From Harriotta raleighana (Eukaryota), in NCBI GenBank assembly GCA_050575255.1, contig JBNZDD010013635.1:2705670-2769669 (forward strand): DNA of 64,000 bases. The letters are read 5' to 3'. A model generated the notes under the pieces. That model made no database searches. It was not told where the DNA came from and saw only the letters and a program-made list of their open reading frames with translations. The position numbers and the translations under genes were made by a program. Positions 51,763-63,246 of this stretch are shown one piece after another (the first letter of the stretch is position 1; each line of letters begins with the position of its first letter).

Positions 51763-53554
51763 TTTAAGTATCTAGTATTATTGTAGAGATATATTAGTTC
51801 TTGGCATATTTCCACAACTTTGCCCTTAATAAATTGTCTCTTGATGATGAGCATTTAAATGTTTCTACTCTTCAATGCTTTTCATAAAGTGTACAGAAGA
51901 TGCCTGGTCTTCCAAACCGCTTTCAAATGTGGAGTAAAATTCCTGCATACTTAATATATAAATGCAAGGATATTATTATTATATATATTAGAAATGTACT
52001 TGTGTTGCCACCTACTGTGTTAGAGTTTGTCAGAATAGGTGTAGAAGACTAAAACCACTGTATTCTTGTGAGCTTGGTATCTGGCTCATGTGGAAACACA
52101 TCCCCAAACTGAGAGATCCATATATGCAAGACCACCTACATTTGGAAATTTTTGGGTGTCTGGGATAGAATGCACACTATCCCCATGTAAGATTATGTCT
52201 TGCATGCCGAATCCCGGAGAATATTAGGTGCAGATTGGCAAGGCCAAGGGGTGAGGAACCCAGACTGGATTGCTGACTGCTGGAGGGTAACCTTTCAAGC
52301 AGTTTCTTGCCGCTTGTCCTGCTAGCACCACCCTATTTGTTAGGGGTTTGGCTTGCAGGGTTAACAAGAGTTCAGCACGAAAAATCCCTGAGATTGGTTT
52401 GCTTCCTCCATTTCCAGCTGATGAGCAGGCGGGTCTGTCATCAGCAGACCTGGCGGGTCTGTCATCAGCAGTGTCCTACAGTACTGCGCACCCGCCCAGC
52501 TTACTTAGCGTGATTTTCACGATATAAAACATTGAAAAATGCATGCAATCTCTCAATTTCTCCATTTCTGTTTCCAATGATCTGTCCTTGGCATTACTAT
52601 GAATTGCTATTTTATATTTCAGTGCTATTTCAAGAATTCTAGATTAATAATGAATGTGAAGTTCTTTAGGATTATTTGAATCAAATACACGTTTATCTGG
52701 AATCAGCTACATTTGGATGAAGTGAAAGGTCTGATTACCACAGAAGAACTTGTCTGTTTGATACTGGGCAATCTCATTATTTATATTCAGGAATTTCCAA
52801 TGCAAGCCAGTCTTTCCTGGGAACAAAACGCTTTACAAAGGGTCTGTTCAAGATTAGTGGAAGGAACTGCGGCTGAGTAACTTGTAATGAAAAGGTTACT
52901 CAGAAATCTTAATTACAAAAATACTCTTGACGACTATCTCAAGGTCATGCAAAATAAATTTTTGCCCACCACCACACTGTCAAACTTTCTCAAGGTAAAT
53001 TGAACATTTCTACTAGGGTAGAGGTACAGACGAGTGCAGTATGGCTGCTTCTGTTTAATATGGTGGCAATAATATAAGACGCCAACTGAGCTGTGGAGAC
53101 CTCCCGTATTGTGTCTGGTTGTGTAATTTTACCTTTGTCCCACAACATGTCTCTTACCTTCCCACCTAGCCATGATATGCCCTCTGGTTGTCTGTTTCTA
53201 ACTCGCTTTCTCTCTTAACAACCATGTTCTTAGAAAAAAATCAACGCACTTAACCAGCACAAGGAATCCCCGTCCTTTGCCAATGAACAGTATTCTGGGA
53301 TTTTCGTAGTTTACCAAGCTGCTGAGGAGAGATTTTCCAGAGTCGACCTTGGTAGCAGTTAGACAGAGAGCAGTTGTCCTCTACAATCTTATGTTCAGGG
53401 GACTCCTGCTTCAGGAGTGCTTGAGTGTTGTTTAATCTGATGGTATCTTCTATCTGAAAGGAACTAAACACTATTTATATTATTATAGCCACACCAAGTC
53501 AATAGTACTTTGGTCATTCACTTCATAACTGTTTGTGGAAGAATTGCTGTGCGA

Positions 53555-53637
53555 GGAAAGGTTTACGCGGTTATGGGGAGAGACTCAATGGGCCGAATGG
53601 CCTCCTTTTGTGCCGTAAGATTCTATGATTCTATGAT
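53555..53637 (+). mobile_element. CR1 LINE 3' tail
   Basis: ATGGGCCGAATGGCCTCCTT..GTGCCGTAAG followed by (ATTCTATG)2 terminal microsatellite. Confidence 0.7.
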
Positions 53638-54293
53638 ACATCTCCAAAATAGTCACAATACTGTACTTTACAATATATTCTGTGAAGTGATTTGAGATGC
53701 CCTTTGGATCTTGACCATCTCCAGAAGGATTTCTAACTTTGCTTGTTCAGATTGGGCCCTGTACTTTCATTACATCCCTTGCACTCGAATCAGTGAGGTT
53801 TTACTGCTATTGAGGTGGATTTTGGTGTGAGGCGATTATGAATCCCTCACATATTTATTTTTAATGTTCTCCTTAAAACAGATGCCAGAAAATGCCCAAT
53901 GCCTGCTAAGTGTTTACCAACATTGGGTTTATTTATAGCTTAGCCAGGGATCCCACTGCACTTTCCTGCCTGATTGCCTAGGAGAGATTTTCCAGAGTAG
54001 AGCTTGGTAGCAGTTAGACAGAGAGCAGTTGCCCTCTGCAATCTTATGTTCAGGGAATTTGTATGACCTCTCAATTGGTCTCTTCATATTGCTCTATAAA
54101 TTGACCACGAGGCAGACTAAAGTTAGTCACAACACACAGATTTATTTCCCAATCTGACAGGCAAATTCCAGGCATGTTATTTTATGATTATGAAATACGT
54201 AAAGTATATATTTTGCTTGAGTATCAGCTAATTTGAATCTTAATCCAGAATAGCAACCTGGAAGTTCTTAACTGAGCACTTTTGAAACGTTTT

Positions 54294-54760
54294 ATAATAA
54301 TCCTTCCATTTGAGATAGCGCTTTTTGTGTCTTCTAGACCAGTGGTTCTCAAGCTTTTTCAGTAATGTACCCCCTTGTTAATTTTCAACATTATCGTGTA
54401 CCCCCACCCAACCACATACACACACACACAGCACCCCCCTCATTCCACTTGCATTTTATGACCAAGCTTTTCTTATATAACAAAATATCTAGCCATGCAA
54501 AACGAGGGGAATAACAATTAAATGTACAATTTGGAAGGCTATACATGCTGAATAAGAGCTAAATAAATCAATGACAGCCATCTGTAAAGTATCCTGGAAG
54601 TAATTTTGTACCCCCTGGGATACATGTACCCCTGGTTGAGAACTGCTCTTCTAGATGTCTCAAAGTGCTTCACAGAATATACCGTTAAGTGAATTGACTG
54701 TATGATTATGAGCACAACATGGTAGCCAATTGCGCACATCAGTGTCCCAAAAGTATACAG
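54294..54760 (-). mobile_element. SINE fragment hosting a hAT MITE
   Basis: Reverse-complement SINE tail at 54294-54339 resumes at 54649. Confidence 0.7.
54340..54648. mobile_element. hAT-Charlie-like MITE
   Basis: TIR CAGTGGTTCTCAA / TTGAGAACTGCTC; 8-bp TSD TTCTAGAC/TTCTAGAT (NTCTAGAN). Confidence 0.85.
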
Positions 54761-55154
54761 TTAATTTACTTGTAGTACAGTTAACCCTTGTCAAGCATGA
54801 CTTTATCGATTGCGAATTCAAGTAGACGCGATGAAACAAAAGCATCACGTTTTGTGCAGTGCGTGTAAAACTTGTGTTTACACGCTGTCTGGCCCCCGTG
54901 CGCAGTCGCACATGTGAGGATGCCGACTGCTTCCGACTAAAGCCGATGATTCCTCGGCTGTGTCCTTCCTGTATGCAATGCATCCTTGGGTAACTCTTTG
55001 ATGACTCTTCAGCCTCAGAGCATCCTGATGGCATTGGATGGTAAACAGAAGAGACAGAGAGAGTTTTTTTTATTGCCTCATTGCTTTATTGCTTTGTTAT
55101 CGCTTTATAGCAACAAAGCTGGAGCTGGCCGCCTGCGTCTCTCTGGCCTTCCAT

Positions 55155-55450
55155 GCCCCCAAGCGGCTCTCTGCTTCTCCCCACCACCGCCCCCAGCTCT
55201 CTGCTCCCCCCTGCCCCCGAGCGGCTCTCTGCTTCCCCCCGCCCCCGAACGGCTCTCTGCTCCCCCCACCCTGAGTGGCTCTCTGCTCCCACAAAGCCCC
55301 CCCCCCCCCCACCCCGCCCCAAGTGGCTCTCTGCTCCCACAAAGCCCCCCCCACCCCGTGCGGCTCTCTGCTCCCACAAAGCCCCCACCCCCGCCCCGAG
55401 CGACTCTCTGGTCCCACAAAGGCCCCTGCCCTGAGCAGCTCTCTGCTCCC
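55155..55450. repeat. C-rich minisatellite (GCGGCTCTCTGCTCCC... units), probably inside a TcMar-like element starting TA-CAGTTAACCC at 54778
   Basis: About nine copies of CTCTCTGCTCCC with poly-C spacers. Confidence 0.75.
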
Positions 55451-56380
55451 GAGTTAGTCATTGAGGAATATGACTGAACTAATATTCCGTTCATTTATAA
55501 CTAGAAATTGTAGTCCATGCTATAGAGATCAAAAATGAAGTTATTAGTACTGTATTGTGTTTGTGATTTTAGAGATGATACAGAGAATGTTGTGCAATAG
55601 GTACACAATTCAGTTTTTTTAATAAATCTTTAGCTCTGTGCAAAAGACTATTTTCCTTTTGTGGCAAAGATTTATTGTGTAAAAACTGTTTTGTCTGTTG
55701 TAATCCATCAGGCACCATCGAAAGTACAGGTGAATTCCAAACCTCACCAATAGCAATATTATACAGTACAGTATCAGGCTGAGGATCATCTACTCCCCTA
55801 AATGGACTTGCTAATGCAAGACTCACAATGATTTAAAACACGAATAATAGTGTGAGTCATGCTTAACACAGAGCACTTCCTTATTGTGTCACCCTGTTTA
55901 GAGAACAATGAAACTGTTGTACCACTGGACCATCATAGAAGTTATTTTGGCCTCTAATATACTGTACATAGTTGCTACAAACAATATGAACCAGATCCCA
56001 CACAAGTTAAGAGTTTAACCAGAGGAAAACTGCTGACATCCTGTTGGATGGGGTATTCATACAGTAAGCAGTTGTAATGTTAAGATGTGCTGCTGATAAT
56101 TTCATCACTCAAGGTTTGCTGAAATTCACACCTGTAAGCACCACCAAGCCCTTACAGATCCATCTGAAAAATAGTGTCCAAGTAGCTAAGTACATCATTT
56201 ACACATTGAAAGTATTTCATTAAGTCTGAGAAAATTCTGCTAACTTTCTTTAAGGTAGGTTCTGAAGTCGGCCACCAAACCTCAACTATACCCCTCCATT
56301 GCTGTGATGAAGTTGTTTTTATGTCTTCCAGACTTTTGCTGGGATAGTTTTTCATGGGTTCTGTATTTGATTAATTCTAG

Positions 56381-56556
56381 GTAGTTTAACTGGAAGTCCT
56401 CCCTTTGGCACGAAGAACACTTTGAATATGTCCATTCCTGGATTCCAGATGTCTAACCTGAGTCTGCCTGGCCAGCCATTGTCACCATTACAGAGCCCGA
56501 TTCTCAGCGAGGCCGGGAGCACAAGATTGGATGACGAGGAGGAAGTTCGGCGGAAG
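56381..56556 (+). CDS. FARP2: FARP2 exon, linker (GSLTGSPPFG...SPLQSPILSEAGSTRLDDEEEVRRK)
   Basis: Phase-1 TAG acceptor, AAG|GTTGGA donor, 176 nt. Confidence 0.85.
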
Positions 56557-57373
56557 GTTGGAAATATGAATGAGTGATTTGGGTGAATGGGGAAAGTTTG
56601 TGTGCTGTGTTTCACATTCAACACCCTTTACAGTATATTCTGTGGAGATCTTTGAGACGTCTCGATGACATGATATGGCCCTATGTAAAATGCAAGATTT
56701 CTTATTAGTATTATAAGTTAGCAGCTGGAACAGATAACAACGACAACAACAAAATTACAATGACAACAACAAAATTACATTACGCCTTTCACATCGGGAG
56801 GACGTCCCAAGGCAGTGATAAGATGACAAACTGTAGCTCAGTACCTTCAGTACATGGTAAAGGTAAAACAGCACAACAGGCTTGAGGTGTGCTCTCTTTA
56901 CCTCGCACAACTATCCATTCTTCATGGGATGAGATCAGAAAATGCACACCATCTCTGGGACTCCAGTAACCCAATATTCACACATTCGAAGAGAGGTCAC
57001 TAGATAGTGATCCTTGCATTTGCTATAGTGATCGTGATTGGGAATGAGAACTCAGATCATGTTGCTGGGAACAAAGGGTTTCACAGTACAGTATTTACTG
57101 TAAAATGTAATGACTATATTTTGTGGGCTTTCCTGAATTAAGAAAGCTCTTCATTTCTAATTATCATAATGTCCTGTTTTGGGGGAAAATAAACAAAGGT
57201 GTGTACTTATGAAAAAGATAACAAATATAAACACTGTGGTGATTTAGAAACTCCCCGGAATAGATGGAGCATGTTTGACCTTCATTTTCTGTTGCTTACC
57301 TTTTGCGTTGTCTAATTGGTTTGATGTGAAACTTCTGAGATAGTGGCTTGATACCAGGCGGGTGTTTTTGCAG

Positions 57374-57463
57374 CGTTACCCAGCAGACAAAGCATACTTC
57401 ATTGCGAAGGAAATCCTGACCACAGAAAGGACCTATCTCAAGGATCTGGAAGTAATAACAGTG
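57374..57463 (+). CDS. FARP2: FARP2 exon, start of DH domain (RYPADKAYFIAKEILTTERTYLKDLEVITV)
   Basis: AG/GTAAGT boundaries, 90 nt, TERTY DH motif. Confidence 0.94.
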
Positions 57464-57734
57464 GTAAGTGTGTGTTCCCTTGCCTGCTTCCATTTTGCTA
57501 AGTGACTGTGGTGTTTACAGCAATGCAAATTTATATCAATATCGCGCCTATTAGGTCTGGAGGATGTTTCAAATTGCTGGATGGTTTGAGGTTGGCGCTT
57601 TAGCTGGGGATGGGGGCTATGTGGGTGTGGGGGATAAGGGATGTGAAAAATGGGGGAAAACTTGGTCAAAGAGTAAGTTATAGTTTACTAGTGGTTTGCT
57701 TGTTGATTGGTGTTGTATTGTCTCCCTCTCCCAG

Positions 57735-57868
57735 TGGTTCCGCAGTGCAGTTATCAAAGAGAATGCCATGCCTGAGGGACTAATGACCCTGCTATTTTCC
57801 AACATTGATCCCATTTATGAGTTTCACCGGGGATTCCTGAAAGAGATAGAACAGAGACTCGCTCTTTG
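57735..57868 (+). CDS. FARP2: FARP2 exon, DH (WFRSAVIKENAMPEGLMTLLFSNIDPIYEFHRGFLKEIEQRLAL)
   Basis: AG/GTGAGT boundaries, 134 nt. Confidence 0.94.
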
Positions 57869-58179
57869 GTGAGTCCTTCACTTTCTTTAGCTGTGTACTG
57901 TAAAGGTGGTTTCTAACCCATGGGTCCCATGGGTAGTTTTAACATTCGACATATATTTTGGGTTATACCTCTTCCCCCCAAAAAGTAATTACAATTATTG
58001 TGCATTGTTAAAAACTCATCATGTAGTGGTAGAACATTGCTTATGTTCTGCAAGGAAGGATTTAATCTTCGAGAGAAGGTTTCGTGCAAGACCTTCTTCA
58101 AGGTTTTAGTTGACCCGAATGACCCCATGCAGTAGCTGTGGGGACAGTTATGTATTTGTTATCCTTTTTTTTCCTTCAG

Positions 58180-58261
58180 GGAAGGACGATCCAATGCTCA
58201 CGTGAAAGGAGATTATCAGAGAATCGGGGATGTTATGCTTCGGAACATGTGTGTTCTTAAG
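58180..58261 (+). CDS. FARP2: FARP2 exon, DH (WEGRSNAHVKGDYQRIGDVMLRNMCVLK)
   Basis: AG/GT boundaries, 82 nt. Confidence 0.92.
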
Positions 58262-59471
58262 GTGCGGAAAGGCAGAGTCATTATGGAGAGTAATGACTAT
58301 TTTATTCAGTGTTTGTCATATTTCTTTCATATGTATCATTGTTAATGATTCGTGTGTGACCTTGAGTAGAAAGCTGCAGTGTCATTCTTGGCGAAGATGA
58401 GATATATATATTAAAAAGTGCCAATTGTCTCCCACACTTTTATTGTTTTTCCTAATACTGGGGTGCTGTGAGCAATTGGCTGCCACATTTCACCCACAAA
58501 TATACAGTCAATGCACTTTACAGTATATTCTGTGAAGCGCTTTGAGACGTCTAGAAGACGTGAAAAGTGCTATATTAAAATGGTTGCCCTGCAGTCTCTT
58601 TCCACGAGTGCACATTATTCCAGGTTGAGCATCGGTTGGTTATTCAAACTACAAGTGACGTCACAGCCAAATCCAATCCTGTCTGCACCAGAAATCCACA
58701 TGCATGTACTTCCACCTGGATAATTGTCAATATTAGGAGCTGTGACTAATTTTCCCCTCCCTTAACCAGGGTGCGAGAACTAACTGCAGCTGTTCTCAGC
58801 TAACTCAGCACAGTACATTGAAATGCATCAGCATGATGATTCCATTCATACATACATCATGACCTTCAGGTGATAATTTGGACAAACTTGTTGCGGTGAA
58901 CTCCTGCCCACCAGGAAGTGTGTTTTGTGCCAGACAAGTTTCTATCAGTTGTGAGATAGTGGGAGGCTTTATCCCATCAACTGGGGGCGAAATCCAAAGC
59001 TAAATCCTGGATGTATGAGAGTGCTACAGTTTCACTCTGTACTACCACATAACATTTCAAAGAAAAGAATGCAACACATCCTCCAATAAATAAATATTGC
59101 TGTAGCCTGCTCTGCCAGCAGCAAGTTGGCAATTGGTAAAACAGAAAGCGATGCCATCTGTGTAATGTATTTGGCTACATTTTTACTTGGCGTGTGGTAG
59201 TAATACTGTGAGTCAAATGGACGTTGAGATATGTGCTGTGGTGCCAAGCATTCTATTCAATGGCAAGTTAAATGGACTCATGAGTGTAGCGAATGGTTCC
59301 ATCATGGGCCTGAAGGGAAAATAAATGATGTGATTGATCATTCTTACCCTGCTCTAAGAGGCATGTTCACATGAGAGGTTTAAGATCGCTGAGCTTCTGC
59401 TCGATGTGTTGGAAGCTCTTTCATATCCTTAAATAACGGCCTTAATGAGATTATAACCTTTTTATCGTCAG

Positions 59472-59709
59472 GAGTTTACCGGTTACCTCCAGAAACATGA
59501 CGAGGTCTTGACAGAACTGGAGAAAGCCACCAAGCGCTCCAAAAAACTGGAGGCTGTTTACAAAGAATTTGAGTTGCAGAAGGTGTGCTATCTGCCCCTC
59601 AACACGTTCCTACTGAAGCCCATCCAGAGGCTGATGCACTACAAACTGATCCTGGAGCGACTCTGCAAGCACTACCCTCCTGATCATCAGGACTACGGAG
59701 ACTGTCAAG
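59472..59709 (+). CDS. FARP2: FARP2 exon, DH (EFTGYLQKHDEVL...CYLPLNTFLLKPIQRLMHYKL...DYGDCQ)
   Basis: AG/GTCAGT boundaries, 238 nt, LLKPIQRL motif. Confidence 0.95.
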
Positions 59710-59965
59710 GTCAGTATAATGTGTTGGACACTGCGCACAAAACACAAATGTATGTTTCACATAAGTTTCGCCCACAATTTACTTTAACGCATATTCCATG
59801 AAGCGCTTTGAGATGGCTCGAAGACATAATAAAGCACCATATCAAATGCAAGCATTGTTATTCTGCAATCATGATCACAAGGGCTGTGCCTGATGCATTC
59901 TCACAGAGACCCTGAAGGAGATCAGGGAGATGGTGTTTCTTTTTGACCCGGATTTCCCTTCACAG

Positions 59966-60096
59966 AAGCGCTGATGGAGGTTGGCGAGATGGCCGCTCAG
60001 TTGGAGAGCAGTTTGATTAGACTGGAGAATTTTCAGAAACTCACAGAGTTGCAACGAGACCTCATTGGTATTGAGAACCTGATCCTGCCAGGAAGG
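59966..60096 (+). CDS. FARP2: FARP2 exon, end of DH (EALMEVGEMAAQLESSLIRLENFQKLTELQRDLIGIENLILPGR)
   Basis: Phase-1 CAG acceptor, AGG|GTAAGC donor, 131 nt. Confidence 0.92.
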
Positions 60097-60227
60097 GTAA
60101 GCGGGAAAATACAGAGAAATAAACAAAAATGATTCCGATAAGATCAGGTCCACATCAATTCTAAGGAAATATTTTTTGAGAAGAGACATTTAAAAATTAT
60201 CATTAGGATTCTGGATAATCCTATATA

Positions 60228-61021
60228 CAACAACAACAACAACAACAAAATTACACTTATAGAGCACTTTTCACATCGGGAGGACGTCCCAAGGTCCTGA
60301 ACNACTTATCACATCGGGAGGACGTCCCAAGGTCCTGAATAATTAGGTTGGGTACCGAGCAGGTCGGGATAGGGGGAAGGAGAATAGGAGATCAGGGAAN
60401 AATTACACTTATAGAGCACTTTTCACATCGGGAGGACGTCCCAAGGTCCTGAACAATTAGGTCGGGTACCGAGCAGGTCGGGATAGGGGGAAGGAGAATA
60501 GGAGATCAGGGAAAGAGTAGGAGGGGAGCAGAATGCATGGTCGAAGAGGAAGGTCGAGACCAGCCTTGAAGGAGGAAAGGGAGGAGGCGAAGCGAAGGGA
60601 TTGTGGGATGGAGTTCCAGAGTGTGGGGGCAGAGAAGTTGAATGCGGGGCCACCGATGGTAGGGCGGTTTGGGTGGGGAAATGCAGCAGGCCATAGCCTG
60701 CTGAACAGNAATGCCGGGCCACCGATGGTAGGGCGGTTTGGGTGGGGAAATGCAGCAGGCCATAGCCTGCTGAACAGAGGGGACGGGCAGGCTGATAGGG
60801 AGACAGTAGATTGGAGAGATAGGTGGGGGCAAGGCCGTCAGTGGCTTTGAAAATGAGGACGAGGATCTTGAATTCGACCCTCTGGGAAATGGAGAGCCAG
60901 TGGAGACGGGCGAGGATGGGAGTGATGTGGTTGCGGAGCCTAGTACGGGAGAGTACACGAGTTGCAGAGTTCTGAATGATCTGCAGCTTGTGAAAGGAGG
61001 AGCTGGGAAGGTTGACTAGGA
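60228..61021 (-). mobile_element. L2 (LINE2) 3' fragment: ORF2 C-terminus, 3'UTR and (TTG)n tail
   Basis: KLQIIQNSATRVLSRTRLRNHITPILARLHWLSISQRVEFKILVLIFKA..GLAPTYLSNLL is a typical L2 ORF2 end; small n-separated duplications inside. Confidence 0.88.
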
Positions 61022-61122
61022 GAGAATATATAATTGATGCAATACACCCAGATCGTTTCAGCTCAAATGAAACAGAAACTCGGGCTAGTGAAAGTGCTTT
61101 GGGTTCTACACAAACAATTATA

Positions 61123-61406
61123 CAGTAAAAACCCATGTATCCAGCACCCTCGGGTTGGGGGGTGGGGGGCTTAATTGAATATGACGGATATTCGGGCAGC
61201 AAGTTGCCAAAAACCTACTTTTTTTTTTCAAAACATACCATATTAATAATAGACTAAATAACAACAGAATATTGTATGGATACTTACCAATGAAGCATTC
61301 CAGCACACTTCAGTAAAATGATCGTTTCAAAAGCATTCCAGCATTCGTAAATTTAAGCATTCGTAAATTTAGTGTGCGCACGTCCACGCATTGCATGCTT
61401 TTACTG
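61123..61406. mobile_element. Family-B-related MITE, deleted derivative
   Basis: TA-CAGTAAAAACCCATGTATCC start; similar to 63247-63650; ends GCTTTTACTG. Confidence 0.7.
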
Positions 61407-61425
61407 TGCATTCATTTCTCCTCAG

Positions 61426-61494
61426 GAGTTTATTCGGGAAGGCTGTTTGTACAAACTTACGAAAAAAGGTCTGCAGCAGAGGATGTTCTTCCTG
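61426..61494 (+). CDS. FARP2: FARP2 exon, PH1 (EFIREGCLYKLTKKGLQQRMFFL)
   Basis: AG/GTAAGT boundaries, 69 nt. Confidence 0.94.
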
Positions 61495-61560
61495 GTAAGT
61501 GAATCATTAACCTTACATGATCATGTCCTCTACATTACCCGGAGAATCGAGGTGAGAATC

Positions 61561-61724
61561 TGTGCGCAATTTGGCTGCCGCGTTTCGCCCACAAATATAC
61601 AGTCAGTATTTTCCTGCTTTTCTTCCCCCGACCCCTCCCCCCACTTGACTGTACAGCGCCTTGGGACGTCCTCCTGACGTGAAAGGCGCTATATAAATAC
61701 AATAAATAAATAAATAAATAAATA
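61561..61724 (+). mobile_element. SINE core plus L2-type tail with (TAAA)n
   Basis: TGTGCGCAATTTGGCTGCCGCG ... CAGCGCCTTGGGACGTCCTCCTGACGTGAAAGGCGCTATATAAAT. Confidence 0.78.
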
Positions 61725-61951
61725 ATCTCACACCTTGCTATTAATTACCATGTGTGCAGAGCTGATAGCCTCCCATATACCTAATCCTTGACTATTGATT
61801 TGGCTACAGGTATCTACAATAACCGTTCATTCTAGTGTATGTTCCATTGTCTATTCAGTTCTTACGGACCAGTATGTCCATTTTCATCTCATATCTTGAT
61901 ATTTTATTGGTGTCCCAATTTATGAGCTGCCTTGTATGTTTTCTGTCCTAG

Positions 61952-62041
61952 TTTTCTGATGTGTTACTGTACACAAGCAAGGGAGTGACTGTCACCAACC
62001 AGTTCAAAGTGCATGGCGAGCTGCCCCTCTATGGCATGATT
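61952..62041 (+). CDS. FARP2: FARP2 exon, PH1 (FSDVLLYTSKGVTVTNQFKVHGELPLYGMI)
   Basis: TAG/GTGAGT boundaries, 90 nt; last exon recognisable in the window. Confidence 0.92.
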
Positions 62042-63246
62042 GTGAGTATGCCTAGAAATTTTTACAGTGATTTGAACGATTCAGGCTTGATTGTACTGTG
62101 TTAATCAGTCCTACATGCAAAGTAGATTTGTTCACAGGATTCAACATTAATTGTGTAGTAAGACTATTTGTGTCACATTGACTGGCCGGGAAACAACAGG
62201 GAGGTAGCACTTGTCTTTCTAGGTTAGCACTTGTGGTGTCAATGTGATTGTCTGTTTCTTTGGTTTCTGTCTGTCTGTTTCTCCGCGTTCTGTATGTTAT
62301 GATTGGTTTTGTAACAGATTTAGAAACCAATACTATTTGAAAAATAATGGGGTATATTTCTGATGAAAATTGCCTTAAACAGAACACTCAATGGTTGCTC
62401 TTATCTAACCTCAGAGCAGATATGCTTCATGTGTTTTGTGCCATGATTTGGACAGGAATGTTTGTGCCATGACTGGGACAGGAAGATTTGGCTGGAAATG
62501 GTAACGGAGCAGAAAGATGGCATCAAATCCCAAAGAAATTATGTTGTGCTCAATAACTTGTTTTCAACAAATCTTGTGATGTAAATGTTTTGCAATTGTC
62601 AAAACCTCACCAATCTCCCCTGGCTCTATCTTACATTGGTCCAACATATTAGAATTACACATGTGCAATACATACACATTATAGCATGGAAATAGGCCAT
62701 TCGGTTCAACTCGTCTCTATGGGTGGTGGTAGTAAACAGGAGCCTCCACCCCACCTAATCCCCTCTCTCATCCCCCCTATTCCTTTCCCTCTATTCCTGC
62801 GAAGATCTGAGGATCAGGACTGATAACTATATCAAAGTAAGGCTCAAATGTTGGTTGAGGCTTGTAGCTACAAGCGAGTAAACTCACTCGCACCAACAAA
62901 GTCCTTTATTTCTACGATAAGGCCACCCTGTAATAAATGTACTCCTTCATGCTGTCGGCACATGAACATGAGTAATACTTTGCAAACTTATATTGTTAAA
63001 CAGAGCAAGGAGTGGGAGAATTCCACTCAAAGAATGAATTTATGATGCCAGGGTCATGTTGAAGCAAAGCTGTGGGTGTGGGTGAATGTCAGAGGAGCTG
63101 TGACAGTCTTAGCTTCTGTAATTCAGCTTCTGGAAGCATGGGAACAGTTTGTTGCACAAACTGACACAGAATCTGTTTTGTCCTTCTCCAAGGCAATGCC
63201 CAGAGCCAGTTTTATTTAACCCCTCACGTACAGAGGAGAAGTAATA

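Larger units (their letters stand above)
9800..62041 (+). other. FARP2: FARP2 coding span (FERM, ARH/RhoGEF and pleckstrin domain protein 2); 3' end lies beyond the window
   Basis: 20 exons join in frame. Diagnostic peptides [72 protein letters not shown] and REFIREGCL.KLTKKGLQQRMFFLFSD resemble FARP2 more than FARP1 (comparison from recalled sequences). Confidence 0.93.

Noticed and set aside
52417-52470. CTGATGA-containing hairpin with a 24-bp tandem duplication
   Set aside because: No downstream GAAA or stem II, so not a hammerhead; too short to support an ncRNA call
55155-55450. Repeat-spacer-like pattern resembling a CRISPR array
   Set aside because: Spacers are poly-C variants rather than unique sequences; eukaryotic intron; no cas genes
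60304-60780. Short tandem duplications within the L2 fragment
   Set aside because: Each is delimited by a single n; assembly artefact
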